From contig CAVPRW010000009.1 of NCBI GenBank assembly GCA_963707985.1, positions 96,001-160,000 on the forward strand: DNA of 64,000 nucleotides, read 5' to 3'. Shown one piece after another: positions 33,716 to 44,471 of this stretch (the stretch's first letter is position 1; every line of letters begins with the position of its first letter). The notes beneath the pieces were generated by a model. That model saw only the letters and a list, made by a program, of their open reading frames with translations. It searched no databases and was not told where the DNA came from. Made by a program: the position numbers and the translations under genes. This stretch comes from an uncultured Nitrospinota bacterium (GTDB taxonomy: Bacteria > Tectomicrobia > Entotheonellia > J063 > CAVPRW01).

Positions 33716-35134
33716 ATGATCACATCGCAACTCACCGCACACATCGACGCTTTCTGGGATCGGGAGATCCTCCCCGCGCTGCAAGCTTTCATCCGTATTC
33801 CAAACGAATCTCCCCTGTTCGACCCAGACTGGCAGACCCACGGCCATATGCAACGAGCGGTGGCGCTCGTCGCCGATTGGATCCGACGGCAGCAGATTCC
33901 TGGGGGGAACCTTGAAGTGCTCCAGGACGGCGACCGCACGCCGCTGCTGTTGCTGGAATTTCCGGGCGATATTCCTGACACGGTACTGATGTACGGTCAC
34001 CTGGACAAGCAGCCGCCCATGGTGGGCTGGCGGGAGGACTTAGATGCGTGGACACCACATCTCGACGCCGAGGGCCGGCTCTATGGCCGTGGAGCGGCGG
34101 ACGACGGCTATGCCGTGTTCGCCGCCTTAGCCACCGTGAAAGCTCTGAAAGACCACGGTCAGCCGCATGGACGTATCGTCATCCTGATCGAATGTTCGGA
34201 GGAAAGTGGTTCTTGTGACCTCCCCCACTATATCAACACCTACGCCACGCGCCTTGGGACCCCGAGTTTGGTGATTTGCTTGGACTCCGGCTGTGGAAAC
34301 TACGAGCAGTTGTGGAGCACTACGAGTTTGCGTGGCCTCACAAGCCTCAATCTCACCGTGAAGGTCCTGCAGGAAGGGGTGCATTCCGGGCTGGCCGGTG
34401 GGATCGTGCCTAGTCCCTTCATGATTGTCCGCCAGTTGCTGGACCGGCTGGAAGATGCCCACACGGGCACAATTCGTCTGCGAGAGCTGCACGTGCCCAT
34501 TCCGGATGAGCGCATTCGGCAGGCGGCAAATGCAGCAGGAGTGCTCGGTGGAGCCATCATCGATGATTTTCCCTTGCTGGAACATGTGCAGGTGCTGGCG
34601 GAAGATCCCGTGGAATTATTGCTGAATAACAGCTGGCGACCAGCGTTGACCGTGACCGGACAGGAGGGCATGCCATCCGTGACCCACGCAGGCAACGTGT
34701 TGTTGCCAGAGCTCACCTATAAGCTCTCCTTACGACTCCCGCCGACACTGGAAGCCGACCAGGCCACAGCGGCTGTCACGCGCGTGCTTGAGGCAGAGCC
34801 GCCCTTAGGCGCGCATGTCACCGTGACGGGCAGTGGTGCGAACGGCTGGAACGCCCCGCCGCTCGCTCCGTGGTTGGCTGGGGCGACAGATGCTAGCTCT
34901 CGGGAGTTCTTCGGGAAAGAGTCCTGTGCTCTCGGCCTCGGCGGGTCTATTCCCTTCATGGCCATGCTGGGCGAGCGTTTCCCGCAGGCGCAGTTTCTGA
35001 TTACTGGAGTGCTCGGTCCGCATGCCAACGCCCACGGACCCAATGAGTTCCTGCACACACCCTATGCCAAGAGGCTAAATGGCTGCCTGGTGCGGGTCGT
35101 CGAAGCACACTACCAACAGGCGACCACGGGGTGA
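33716..35134 (+). CDS. M20 family metallopeptidase
   Basis: YGHLDKQP, LYGRGAADDG, SEESGS, HSG, GGSIPF, NAHGPNE. Confidence 0.92.
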   Translation: MITSQLTAHIDAFWDREILPALQAFIRIPNESPLFDPDWQTHGHMQRAVALVADWIRRQQIPGGNLEVLQDGDRTPLLLLEFPGDIPDTVLMYGHLDKQPPMVGWREDLDAWTPHLDAEGRLYGRGAADDGYAVFAALATVKALKDHGQPHGRIVILIECSEESGSCDLPHYINTYATRLGTPSLVICLDSGCGNYEQLWSTTSLRGLTSLNLTVKVLQEGVHSGLAGGIVPSPFMIVRQLLDRLEDAHTGTIRLRELHVPIPDERIRQAANAAGVLGGAIIDDFPLLEHVQVLAEDPVELLLNNSWRPALTVTGQEGMPSVTHAGNVLLPELTYKLSLRLPPTLEADQATAAVTRVLEAEPPLGAHVTVTGSGANGWNAPPLAPWLAGATDASSREFFGKESCALGLGGSIPFMAMLGERFPQAQFLITGVLGPHANAHGPNEFLHTPYAKRLNGCLVRVVEAHYQQATTG

Positions 35135-35267
35135 GTGTTGACACGGATGCTCCCTGCCGCTAGACTGGCGCGCTGTTAAGCTAGGTCAGTGCCTTCGGGT
35201 TTTCGCCTATCCTCGGAGAATCTGCCGGATCAACACCCAGATGACCCGTGGTGAGCAAGAGGTGAAC

Positions 35268-35640
35268 ATGAGGTCGGAGTCAGCTGACAGAGGGGAGACA
35301 TCGCCCCGGCGGAGGATCAATCTGGAGCTCCGTTTCACGCAATATCATCTGCCGCCACTCGATAGCGCGCTGATTATTGGTAAGCGCGCTCCTGTGGGGG
35401 CTAACGGCATCAGCCGAGCCTTCCAGGAGCTATCGCCGGCGACGTTCCAGCTGATCTCCTGTCGATCACCCGGTGGCTGAGGCGGTGCTCGTGCGGACAT
35501 CGGACCTGCGTAAGATGCCACAACAAGCGTTGATCAGCCGCCTCCTCCGGCTTGCCGACCAGATCATGGATGAGGCCGATACGCTGCATGTCGCACTCAA
35601 ATTCGAAGTAATCGTCGACGAAGAAGATATCGAGGGCTAA
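35268..35640 (+). pseudogene. Hypothetical protein, frameshift near 35455
   Basis: ...LDSALIIGKRAPVG...FQLI continues in another frame as PVDHPVAEAVLV...EEDIEG-stop, ending 5 nt before the next gene. Confidence 0.45.
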
Positions 35641-35645
35641 GAGTC

Positions 35646-36632
35646 ATGACCGCGGCGAAACGCGTCTACGATTTGCTGGAGCCCATTGTCGAGTGCGGCG
35701 AGATCGAGACCCTGGGGCAGGTCTTGGGCACGGTGACGCAGGGCAAACCGGTGGCGATCCGCTCGACCTCATGGCGGCTGCTGCTCCCCGAGACCGTCAT
35801 TGGCTATCCACTCAGCCGTCGGGTGATCGATTTACCTCTCACGGATGTGAGTATTGTAGAACCTGACCTGAGCGCGGAAGAGGCACTGAGCCGATTGAAC
35901 GGGCAAGATGCCCCCTATGCCTTGGTGGTCGACGAGAAGCACCTGCGCGGTGTCGTCTCCCTCAAGCGTCTGCAAGAGTATGGACAGTTCGCTGAGCGGG
36001 AGCGAGTGGAGGAGACCTTCAAAGCCTCGCTCAGGCAGCAGGAAATGCTCTTACGCGAGGTGCACCATCGCATCAAAAACAATTTGCAGATTATCTCAAG
36101 CCTGTTGGACATACAGGCCGGCGCCGTCGAAGATCCCCGCATTGTCGAAATGTTCATAGACATTCAAAACCGCGTCATCTCTATGGCACTCATCCATGAA
36201 ACGTTGTACCAGTCTGGTGACCTCAGGATGGTCAATTTCGGGGTCTATGTTCGCACTCTGGCGGAGCAGATCTTTCGCTCCTGCAATGTTCTGCCAGATC
36301 GCATTGCCCTGCAGATTCGTGCTGATGAAGTCATGCTGGATACCAATCAAGCCATCCCCTGCGGGTTGATTCTGAATGAGCTCCTGACCAATTGCTTGAA
36401 GCACGCCTTTCCGAATGAGAGCGGAGGAGAGATCCACATCGAGCTACGATCGGATGCCGCACCGCAGGTGACGCTGATTGTCCGTGATACCGGGATCGGT
36501 TTCCCCGCTGGCATGGATTCCTGTCATCCGAAGACATTAGGCTTGCAACTGGTCTATAGCTTAACCGAGCAGCTCGGTGGCAGGCTCGAAACCGAGCAGC
36601 AACAACGGCACAACATTCACGCTCACCTTTAA
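35646..36632 (+). CDS. CBS-like domain + HisKA_2 sensor histidine kinase; last residues frameshifted
   Basis: LLREVHHRIKNNLQII, ILNELLTNCLKHAF, VRDTGIG, TLGLQLV; GTTFTLTF lies in another frame near 36600. Confidence 0.88.
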   Translation: MTAAKRVYDLLEPIVECGEIETLGQVLGTVTQGKPVAIRSTSWRLLLPETVIGYPLSRRVIDLPLTDVSIVEPDLSAEEALSRLNGQDAPYALVVDEKHLRGVVSLKRLQEYGQFAERERVEETFKASLRQQEMLLREVHHRIKNNLQIISSLLDIQAGAVEDPRIVEMFIDIQNRVISMALIHETLYQSGDLRMVNFGVYVRTLAEQIFRSCNVLPDRIALQIRADEVMLDTNQAIPCGLILNELLTNCLKHAFPNESGGEIHIELRSDAAPQVTLIVRDTGIGFPAGMDSCHPKTLGLQLVYSLTEQLGGRLETEQQQRHNIHAHL

Positions 36633-36807
36633 GGCCTAATCCATCGCTCTCGAAGTCCTTCTCACCACACATTCTCCTTGACCGGCAGAGACGCTTCGGG
36701 CCAAGATGGACCATGCGCGGCACGTCACAGGATGACTGCTGCCCGTGTTGTGGGAGGCGCGCTTGAGCATGATGTGTTGAGAAGGATGCATCCACCCGAC
36801 CAGGAGA

Positions 36808-37683
36808 ATGATCATGAAACGTCTTAGCCGCGATCAGTTCACAACTGTCTTGGATCCCAAGCTCCAACCGGCGATGACCATTACCTCGGGGGAAGAGCTG
36901 GTGGTGGAAACCTGGGATGCCTACATGGGCGTCTGGGGAGCGCATGAGCAGCCAACGGTCATGGGACCCGCGACCGGGCCCATTGCCATCGAAGGGGCAA
37001 ACGCTGGCGATGCGCTGAAGGTCGAGCTCCTGGCCATCACTCCCGGCCCGTCCGCGCTGCATGACATACGCGCCGGACGTGGCTTTCTAGGGGACGAATT
37101 TACCAAACGTCATCCCACGGTGATGCCGATTCGCGATGGATATTTAGAATTTCCGGGTGGGTTGCGGGTCCCGGCCAATCCATCTGTGGGACTCATCGCC
37201 ACCACGCCCAATGCAATCCAGCAAACCGCCAGTGATAGCGGACCGTATGGCGGTGATATCGATATGAAAGAGCTCACCGCCGGCAGTACGATCTGGCTGC
37301 CGGTCTTTGTACCAGGCGGGCTGTTGGTGCTGGGCGACTGCCATGCAGTGGTGGGAGATGGCGCCGTGGGGGGAACCGGGGCCGAGTGCGCCGCGGAGAT
37401 CAACTTACGGGTGACGCTGGAGAAGGGAATGGGGATTCAGCGCCCACGCGCTTTGACGCCGCAATATTTCGTCACAGTGTCATACGGTGAAGATGTTGGA
37501 GAGGCGATGAAGCAGGCGGTCCGCGACATGGTGCAGTTCCTCGCCGATGACAAGGGAATGGAGCCGTATGCTGCCTACACCTTGCTTAGCCTCGCGGGTG
37601 ATATCCGCGTGTCGCGCACATTCCGTCCCATTAGCCCGGTCAAGATGATGCTGTCACGGCAGGTGTTGGAGCAATTAGGGTAA
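36808..37683 (+). CDS. Acetamidase/formamidase family protein
   Basis: VETWDA, TGPIAIEGA, YGGDID, LGDCHAVVGDG. Confidence 0.88.
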   Translation: MIMKRLSRDQFTTVLDPKLQPAMTITSGEELVVETWDAYMGVWGAHEQPTVMGPATGPIAIEGANAGDALKVELLAITPGPSALHDIRAGRGFLGDEFTKRHPTVMPIRDGYLEFPGGLRVPANPSVGLIATTPNAIQQTASDSGPYGGDIDMKELTAGSTIWLPVFVPGGLLVLGDCHAVVGDGAVGGTGAECAAEINLRVTLEKGMGIQRPRALTPQYFVTVSYGEDVGEAMKQAVRDMVQFLADDKGMEPYAAYTLLSLAGDIRVSRTFRPISPVKMMLSRQVLEQLG

Positions 37684-37689
37684 GACTCT

Positions 37690-39676
37690 GCTACCAATAC
37701 CCTTTGGTCTTCTGGGCCGGCATGCTGCTGAACCGATTTGGCCTGTGGCCGGTGCTCGTGCTGGCGGCGATTGCCGCCCACGTCGGTTTTGACGTGCTGG
37801 TGTCGGGCAAGGCCGTGGGTACCAGCCTCTTTTTTTCGTCCGCCGCCGTCGTCGAAGCATGCACCGGAGCGTTCCTGCTGCGTCGGGTTCTCGGTATGTC
37901 GGGTACGCTGTTGCAGCTCAAAGAGGTCCTCGGCCTCGCGGTGGTAGCAGGGGTATGCAGCACTGCTCTGGGCGCTGCAGTCGGAGCAGCGGCTGTCGTC
38001 ACGGTGTTCCCCAAAGCCTCGTACTGGTCTGTGTGGCAAGTGTGGTGGTTTGCTGATGCCCTGAGGGTGCTGGTGGTCGCTCCGGCGATTCTCACCTGGG
38101 CCGGTGCCACGCGGCGATCCTTCCAAGCCTGGGGCGCACGGCAGGTGGTCGAGGTCTGTGTGCTCTTCGTCGCCATGCTGGTGGTGGCTCAGTTGGTGTT
38201 TGGCGCGACCTCGACTCCGGTATGGTCGGTGTTCGATTTTCCCTATTTCGTCTTCCTCTTCCTGTTATGGGCCGCACTGCGGTTTGACCCACCAATTGTC
38301 GCCACCGCGTCGCTGGCATTGACGGTTCTCTTGATCTGGAATGCTGACCAGGGTCGAGGGCCCTTTATTGTCCCAGGGCGCTCTGTGCACGAACATGTCC
38401 TTGCGCTCCAGGCGTTCCTGGCCGTCACGCCGCTGTCAGCGCTGATTCTGTCCGCAGTGGTCACGGCGCGCCGGCGGGCCGAGCAGTTGTTAGCGGAGTA
38501 TAACCAACGGCTGGAGCAGCAAGTGGCGGAGCGCACCCAGGAACTCTCCCAGACCCTTGACCACCTGGCCCTGGCTACACGCGAAGCCCAGAACGCGCGT
38601 GCCGCCGCCGAAGATGCCGATCGCGCCAAGAGTCAATTTCTGGCCAACATGAGTCATGAGTGGACCACCTGGGTTGGGTGACATTCCGCGTCAGCGATAC
38701 GGGGATCGGCATGACGCCAGAGCAGATGGCGAGGTTGTTCCAACCCTTCACGCAGGCCGACGCCTCCACTACGCGGCAGTATGGCGGCACCGGGCTGGGA
38801 CTGGCGATCACCAAACGATTCTGTCAGATGATGGGTGGAGACATCACCGTCGAGAGTGAGTTGGGCAAGGGGTCTACTTTTTGCGTGACGCTGCCCGCCC
38901 TGGTCAACGACCCCAGGGTGCAGCCCGTACCATCTGGGCAATCCCCCTCCGAGGTCCTGTCGGTGGGACTGGGGGCCGTCCTCGTCATCGATGACGACCC
39001 CACGGTGCGTGAGCTCTTGCAGCGCTCTCTCACCAAAGAAGGGATTCGGGTGATCTGTGCTGCAGGAGGCGAGGAGGGGCTGCGCTTGGCCAGGGAACTG
39101 CACCCCACCGCCATCACACTGGACGTGATGATGCCGGGCATGGATGGTTGGGCCGTGTTGACGGCTTTGAAAGCCGACGCTGCGCTAGCCGATATCCCCG
39201 TCATCATGCTCACGATCGTCGATGATAAAAATCTAGGCTATGCATTAGGAGCAGCGGACTATCTGACCAAGCCCGTCGACCGCGACCGACTAGTGGCGAT
39301 TCTAAAAAAATATCAGAGTGCGGACCCATCCCATCTGGTCCTCGTCGTCGAGGACGATTCGGCCGCCCGCGAGATCCTGCAACGCACGTTAGAGAAAGAG
39401 GGAGTGGGGCTGGCCCAGTCAGAAGCTCCTGATCTAATCTTGATGGACATGAGTTTACCGGTGATGGACGGGTGGGAAGCCACGAGGCTGCTGAAAGCGG
39501 CGTCCGAGACGATGGCCATTCCGGTGCTTGCCCTCACTGCCCATGCCATGTCGGGCGACCGAGAGAAAGCCATGGAGGCTGGCTGCGACGACTATGACGC
39601 CAAGCCGATCGATTTGCCCCGGTTACTGGCAAAAATCGAGGCACTTTTGGGAAAGCAGTCTCATCATGAACCATGA
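37690..39676 (+). pseudogene. Eroded hybrid sensor kinase (MASE1-like membrane domain, HisKA start, HATPase end, receiver domains)
   Basis: [11 protein letters not shown] jumps out of frame to VSDTGIG...YGGTGLGL; receivers [10 protein letters not shown] and [11 protein letters not shown] with internal deletion; 5' end missing. Confidence 0.82.
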
Positions 39677-40155
39677 TGGTCATGCACCCCCAATGGTCAC
39701 CCCCCCACGAATCACACTTTCGCCCCAGACAGCGCCTGACGGGGGGCTCGACGGCAGCGCAACCCAGAGTGCCTTCCTGGCATACATGCGTCATCAGCTG
39801 CGCACACCGATCAACGCCATGATCGGATATAGTGAAATGTTGCTGGAGAACGCTGCAGACCGGGGCCAGGAGACCTTCATTTCCGACCTCCAACGCATTC
39901 ATATGGCAAGCAACCAGCTCCTGGCCCACGTCAACGACATCTTCGATCCTGCCAGGCTCGATGGCTAGCCCTGCGGCCTCAATCTGCAGACTTTCGAGCG
40001 CCACCCTGCAGCCCGTGCTGCTGACCCCGATCACTGCCATCGTCGGATACAGCGAGATGTTGCTGGAGGATGCCGGGGACCAGGGCCAGGAGGACTTCAT
40101 CCCTGATCTTCAAAAGATTTGTGATGCAGCCCAGCATTTCCTTCTGTTGCTGGTG
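39666..40155 (+). pseudogene. Remnant with two HisKA-like segments
   Basis: RHQLRTPINAMIGYSEMLLE and LLTPITAIVGYSEMLLE, separated by a stop. Confidence 0.65.
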
Positions 40156-40337
40156 GCAATTTGGAGCACTGCTCCGCCGATGGATTCCCATCCGAGTGCA
40201 TCCTGCATCCGTTTCCCAGTATTACAGGCTGGTGATTGCTATGGGGGGTGTGACAGGGCAAGGCAGACACTTCCCGGTGCTGGCGCGGTTGGCATAAAGG
40301 GGTTTGAAGGAAGAGTTTCTTGAATGGTACAGCAGGG

Positions 40338-42440
40338 CTACTCAAATAGCGACAGTTGTCTGTTCGATGGCACGCGGAAGGCGGCTGTCGACAGTGTAGG
40401 GCCACGTCCGTCGATGCCGGCCTTGCGACAGGCAAGGGCAAACAACGCCTCGATCTGCTCGGCGAAGATACCTTCCCCTCGCATGCGCGAGCTGAAGCGG
40501 GGATCGTTGAGTTTTCCGCTACGAATAGCGCGAATCCGGTGCAGGATCTTATCTTTACGATCGGGAAAATGCTGGCTCAGCCACTGCTCGAAGAGCGCTC
40601 CCACCCCATGCGGCAGGCGCAGCGTGACATAGCCTGCAGCTTTAGCTCCGGCCTGCACCGCTGCAGCGATGATCGACGGCAATTCATGATCGGTCAGCCC
40701 TGGGATTACCGGGGCCACCAGCACTCCGGTCTGCACCCCGGCCTGCGATAACGCCTCGATGGCCGCGAGTCGGCGGGTCGGATGAGAGGCCCGCGGCTCC
40801 ATGACACGGCCCAGGCTCCCATCGAGCGTCGTGATGGAGAGAAAGACATGGGCAGCCTCGTACCGTGCCAACTCGCCCAAGACGTCTATATCCCGTGCTA
40901 CGAGTTGGTTCTTGGTGATGATCACCACGGGGTTACGGAACTCCGCGAGCACTTGCAGACAGCGCCGCGTCAACTGGAGCCGACGCTCGATCGGTTGGTA
41001 CGGGTCAGTCACGCCGCTGATGGCCAGCACTTGCGGTTTCCAGCGCGACGAAGATAACTCACCCCGCAACAGCTCCGGCGCATCTTCCTTCACCAGAATC
41101 CTGGACTCGAAATCGAGGCCGGCGGAGAATCCAAGATACTCATGGGTTGGACGGGCATAACAGTTGTGACTCACGACACCATTGCCGATAAAATCCCCTG
41201 TACCTGTTGTCATATCAAAAAGAGGTAAAGAGAGGTGCAGAGGGTCGATCGAGGTTACCCCCAGCTGGGCACTACTCTTCACCGCCTGGCCTTCAATATC
41301 GCGCTTACGAGTGATGGCAGTGTCAACTGTGTGGAAAAAGCGTAGGTGCTCCCGTAGTCCCCCGCAAAGTCGCACGACCTGTAGAGGTCGCAATTGGGTT
41401 CGGTTGACGGATGCAATGGTGCAGGTAAAGCCGAAACGTTCGAGGCAATGAACTGTGTATTTAATGATGGTCTGATCAGTGTTTGAAACACGCCATAGGC
41501 CATGGCTGTACGAACCTTCTGCGTCAAAGATGCCCGCGAGAAATCCTGTGCACCAAGCAGCCGAAGGAGCCTGCGGCCAAGCCAGCAGTTCTGTGATATA
41601 CTCAACAGACCTCCACGCATGGGTAAAGATCGCCGACAGTCCCTTTCTGTTGCCGAAAGGCTTCTGGAATATAGCTTTGCGCGTCGCTAGCCCAAAGTCC
41701 ACGAGATAGAGTACTGCTCGTTGCAGGGCCTCCTCATCAACCAGGGCCAGCCGGAATTGATACTGGTTTCCATGCACCCTCCCCGGACGTTCATAATTGT
41801 AGGACGCCAGGTGTCCATCGCCCCGTATCAAGCCAGTCAAATAGCCCCTCTTATAGTCAGGGGTTATTTGTGGTGGTAGCCCGAACGCTCCCGTACCCAT
41901 CAGTTTGTTGTTCGCCGTCAAATGCGGCCTTCGGCGGTTCCCTTGTTCGGCCCCGGTGACAAACTTCCAGCCGCGCTCGGTCAGAAAGCGATGATCCGCA
42001 CCAGCGATCAGGTGCGTCCCGTCTTCCAGCAGCACACGAAACGCCGGCTTAACCACCTTCCAATGCGCTAACACACGCGTTTTCACGTAACGCCGATACC
42101 AGCCACGCCGGGTAGTCCCGTAAATCGCATCACCGACCCGCACGTCTTCGAGACGTCGAGTGGTTCCATCCGCCATGAGAATAAGCGTGTCCCCCGACAG
42201 ACAGTAGATACATCCATGCTCACAGCCTCGATAGGGGTTGATGCTGGCGTCGAAGCCGACGTCAGGGCTGTTGTTGTAGGTGATGATCGAACGCGATGTG
42301 TCTTTAAAGAATTGCGTCTCGAGAGCAGGATCTTCTAGATCGTTCCACTCTGGATCACGGCTATACCAGAGTGGAACGAATCGATTAGGAGGGTTGGCAG
42401 GGGCACCCCGGCCACGTCCCCGGGTGGGATGCGCAGGCAT
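40338..42440 (-). CDS. Radical SAM protein (PA0069/Rv2578c, SPL-like family) containing an intein
   Basis: SINPYRGCEHGCIY[intein]CYARPTHEYLG, TDPYQPIE, IITK, APVIPGLTDHE. Confidence 0.93.
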   Translation of the reverse strand: MPAHPTRGRGRGAPANPPNRFVPLWYSRDPEWNDLEDPALETQFFKDTSRSIITYNNSPDVGFDASINPYRGCEHGCIYCLSGDTLILMADGTTRRLEDVRVGDAIYGTTRRGWYRRYVKTRVLAHWKVVKPAFRVLLEDGTHLIAGADHRFLTERGWKFVTGAEQGNRRRPHLTANNKLMGTGAFGLPPQITPDYKRGYLTGLIRGDGHLASYNYERPGRVHGNQYQFRLALVDEEALQRAVLYLVDFGLATRKAIFQKPFGNRKGLSAIFTHAWRSVEYITELLAWPQAPSAAWCTGFLAGIFDAEGSYSHGLWRVSNTDQTIIKYTVHCLERFGFTCTIASVNRTQLRPLQVVRLCGGLREHLRFFHTVDTAITRKRDIEGQAVKSSAQLGVTSIDPLHLSLPLFDMTTGTGDFIGNGVVSHNCYARPTHEYLGFSAGLDFESRILVKEDAPELLRGELSSSRWKPQVLAISGVTDPYQPIERRLQLTRRCLQVLAEFRNPVVIITKNQLVARDIDVLGELARYEAAHVFLSITTLDGSLGRVMEPRASHPTRRLAAIEALSQAGVQTGVLVAPVIPGLTDHELPSIIAAAVQAGAKAAGYVTLRLPHGVGALFEQWLSQHFPDRKDKILHRIRAIRSGKLNDPRFSSRMRGEGIFAEQIEALFALACRKAGIDGRGPTLSTAAFRVPSNRQLSLFE
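41163..42203 (-). mobile_element. Intein (347 aa) with LAGLIDADG homing endonuclease
   Basis: Starts CLSGDTLILMADG, block B ADHRFLT, GYLTGLIRGDG and FLAGIFDAEG, ends FIGNGVVSHN followed by Cys. Confidence 0.93.
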
Positions 42441-42570
42441 GCAATGGTCCCTCCTCCGAGACGATCACCAGGCTATAGACACGGAGCCATCTCATGAAGA
42501 GGCTTCGGTCCTAGACGGTCGCCATCTCCAGTCATCAAACCACCACGGTACAGGCGACGCAACACGCTGC

Positions 42571-43503
42571 TCAGCTCCGGAGCGCGGCCGTGCGCTGCCG
42601 TGCCTGTTGTTTCGCCTCGTCACGGGATGTGCACAACGCCGCCAGATGTAAGACCACCTTAGCCCATTCATCCACCGGTACATCGACCATCTTTCCATCG
42701 AGTGGCACTGCAGCCGTTCCCCGGGCCACGCCCTCGGCGAACACCTCACGCACCCTACTGTAGTATGTCACCTGCTCGGCTGTTGGGCTAAAGGCGGCAT
42801 TCACGGGCTCGATCCAGGAGGGATGCGGACAGATGGCACCCTTGAAACCCAGGTTCCGCGCCATGGTGGCCAGATGGAGCAAGTCTTTCTCGGGCAACAG
42901 GCGAGGGGTGAGACTCAAGGGAAATGCCATACCGATCGGCTGCACCCCTGCTGCAATGCCTTCGATCACCACCCGCCCTCGTGCATAGACGAATGGGTCT
43001 TCTTCTTCGATTGCAGTAATGCCAAGATTTCGGCACAGATCGCTTTCGCCCAACCCCACCTGGGTCACGCGCGGACTGGCGGTAACGATGTCGCGAATAT
43101 TCCACACCCCCAGCGCGGACTCGAGCAGAACGATCAACTCCAGCGCCCCCACCTCAATACCCCGCTGGCGCTCCAGGTCAGTGATGAGCGTTGCGGCTTC
43201 GGCCACTTCTGCTCCTGACTCGACCTTCGGTAGCATGATACCCGTCAGGCCCGGCCATACTGCAGCTGCGAGGTCAGCCGCCAGATAAGGTTTGTTCACG
43301 CGGACAAAGACCTCTGCGCCGCCGCGCCCGCCAAGAGCAATCGCCTCCCTAAGGCTGGAACGGACCGCACCTTTGTGCGCCGGTGCCACACCATCTTCGA
43401 GGTCCAAGGTGATCGCATCGGCGTTATGATGCCAGGCTTTTTCGATAAACCGCTGCACAGTCATCGGTACCATCAAATTCGAGCGACGGACGAATTGTTG
43501 CAC
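42571..43503 (-). CDS. CitE/HpcH-HpaI aldolase-citrate lyase family protein
   Basis: RRSNL, LDLEDGV, FVRVN, LPKVES, LESALG, GFKGAICPHP. Confidence 0.88.
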   Translation of the reverse strand: MQQFVRRSNLMVPMTVQRFIEKAWHHNADAITLDLEDGVAPAHKGAVRSSLREAIALGGRGGAEVFVRVNKPYLAADLAAAVWPGLTGIMLPKVESGAEVAEAATLITDLERQRGIEVGALELIVLLESALGVWNIRDIVTASPRVTQVGLGESDLCRNLGITAIEEEDPFVYARGRVVIEGIAAGVQPIGMAFPLSLTPRLLPEKDLLHLATMARNLGFKGAICPHPSWIEPVNAAFSPTAEQVTYYSRVREVFAEGVARGTAAVPLDGKMVDVPVDEWAKVVLHLAALCTSRDEAKQQARQRTAALRS

Positions 43504-43514
43504 CGGTACTCCCC

Positions 43515-44459
43515 CTAGCGCTGCTCTGCCGCCTTCGTGCGCGCCACCGCTTCAGCCTTCTCCGTATTGCGTTCCGCACACCGCTCCGCCCACTCCAGCA
43601 GTTCTTCAGCACGACGCGCTTCATAGACATCGATGATGCGGCCGTCGAGCTCTTCAAAGACCATACCGGCGCGCTGTAATGCCTGGTAGCGTTCAAGCAC
43701 CCGCTTGGCGTCGATCACCTCTACTTCAGTCGGTGTGAAGCCGCGATTTTGTGGCTCGATGACATTCGGATGCAAACCGCCCCCCTCTCGAAAGCCGCAT
43801 TTGCGGGAGGCTTCGGCCTCGCGAAAGGCCCGATCGGCATCGCTGACGCTACCGGTGGTGTTCGGCACGAACGCCCCGGCACGGTGAACAGGCACCTCTA
43901 AGGCTCTGGCCGTCAGCTCAAGCTCGCCTTTTCCATAGACAAACTGATCGAAACCGACGAACATTTCGACGCCAAGATCACGCGACATGTCGTAACCGCC
44001 TCCACCGCCGAAATCCTTGATCCTAGGGCTGGCAGAGGCAATCTCCAGCGCGTTGGCCACGCCGCGAGCAGTCTCGATGTTGGCACCGATTTCGACCGTG
44101 CCGGGACGGATGCCACGCTCGCGTTCAAGGCGAGTGATGATGACATCGAGCTTACGCATCTCTTCGGCGGTTTCGGCTTTCGGGTAGTTCACTCGTGCCA
44201 GCCCGGGCCACACCACACCTTCGAGGTCAGCCTCGACATAATCATGGTTGATCCGCACAAAGACCTCGGCCCCTCCCTTGGCAGCCGTGGGAATAGCCGA
44301 TCTGATCAGCGTGCGCGCCTGCGGCTTTTGCGACTCCGGAACTGAGTCCTCCAGGTCGAGATTAATGAAATCACAACCTCGTGTCCAGACGGCATTGAGA
44401 AACCGCGGATTGTTCACCGGCATGGTCAGGCCGGAGCGACGTACATGGCGTTTCGGCAT
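43515..44459 (-). CDS. CitE/HpcH-HpaI aldolase-citrate lyase family protein
   Basis: RRSGL, LDLEDSV, FVRIN, PKAET, IETARG. Confidence 0.88.
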   Translation of the reverse strand: MPKRHVRRSGLTMPVNNPRFLNAVWTRGCDFINLDLEDSVPESQKPQARTLIRSAIPTAAKGGAEVFVRINHDYVEADLEGVVWPGLARVNYPKAETAEEMRKLDVIITRLERERGIRPGTVEIGANIETARGVANALEIASASPRIKDFGGGGGYDMSRDLGVEMFVGFDQFVYGKGELELTARALEVPVHRAGAFVPNTTGSVSDADRAFREAEASRKCGFREGGGLHPNVIEPQNRGFTPTEVEVIDAKRVLERYQALQRAGMVFEELDGRIIDVYEARRAEELLEWAERCAERNTEKAEAVARTKAAEQR

Positions 44460-44471
44460 GGTGAAAATCTC

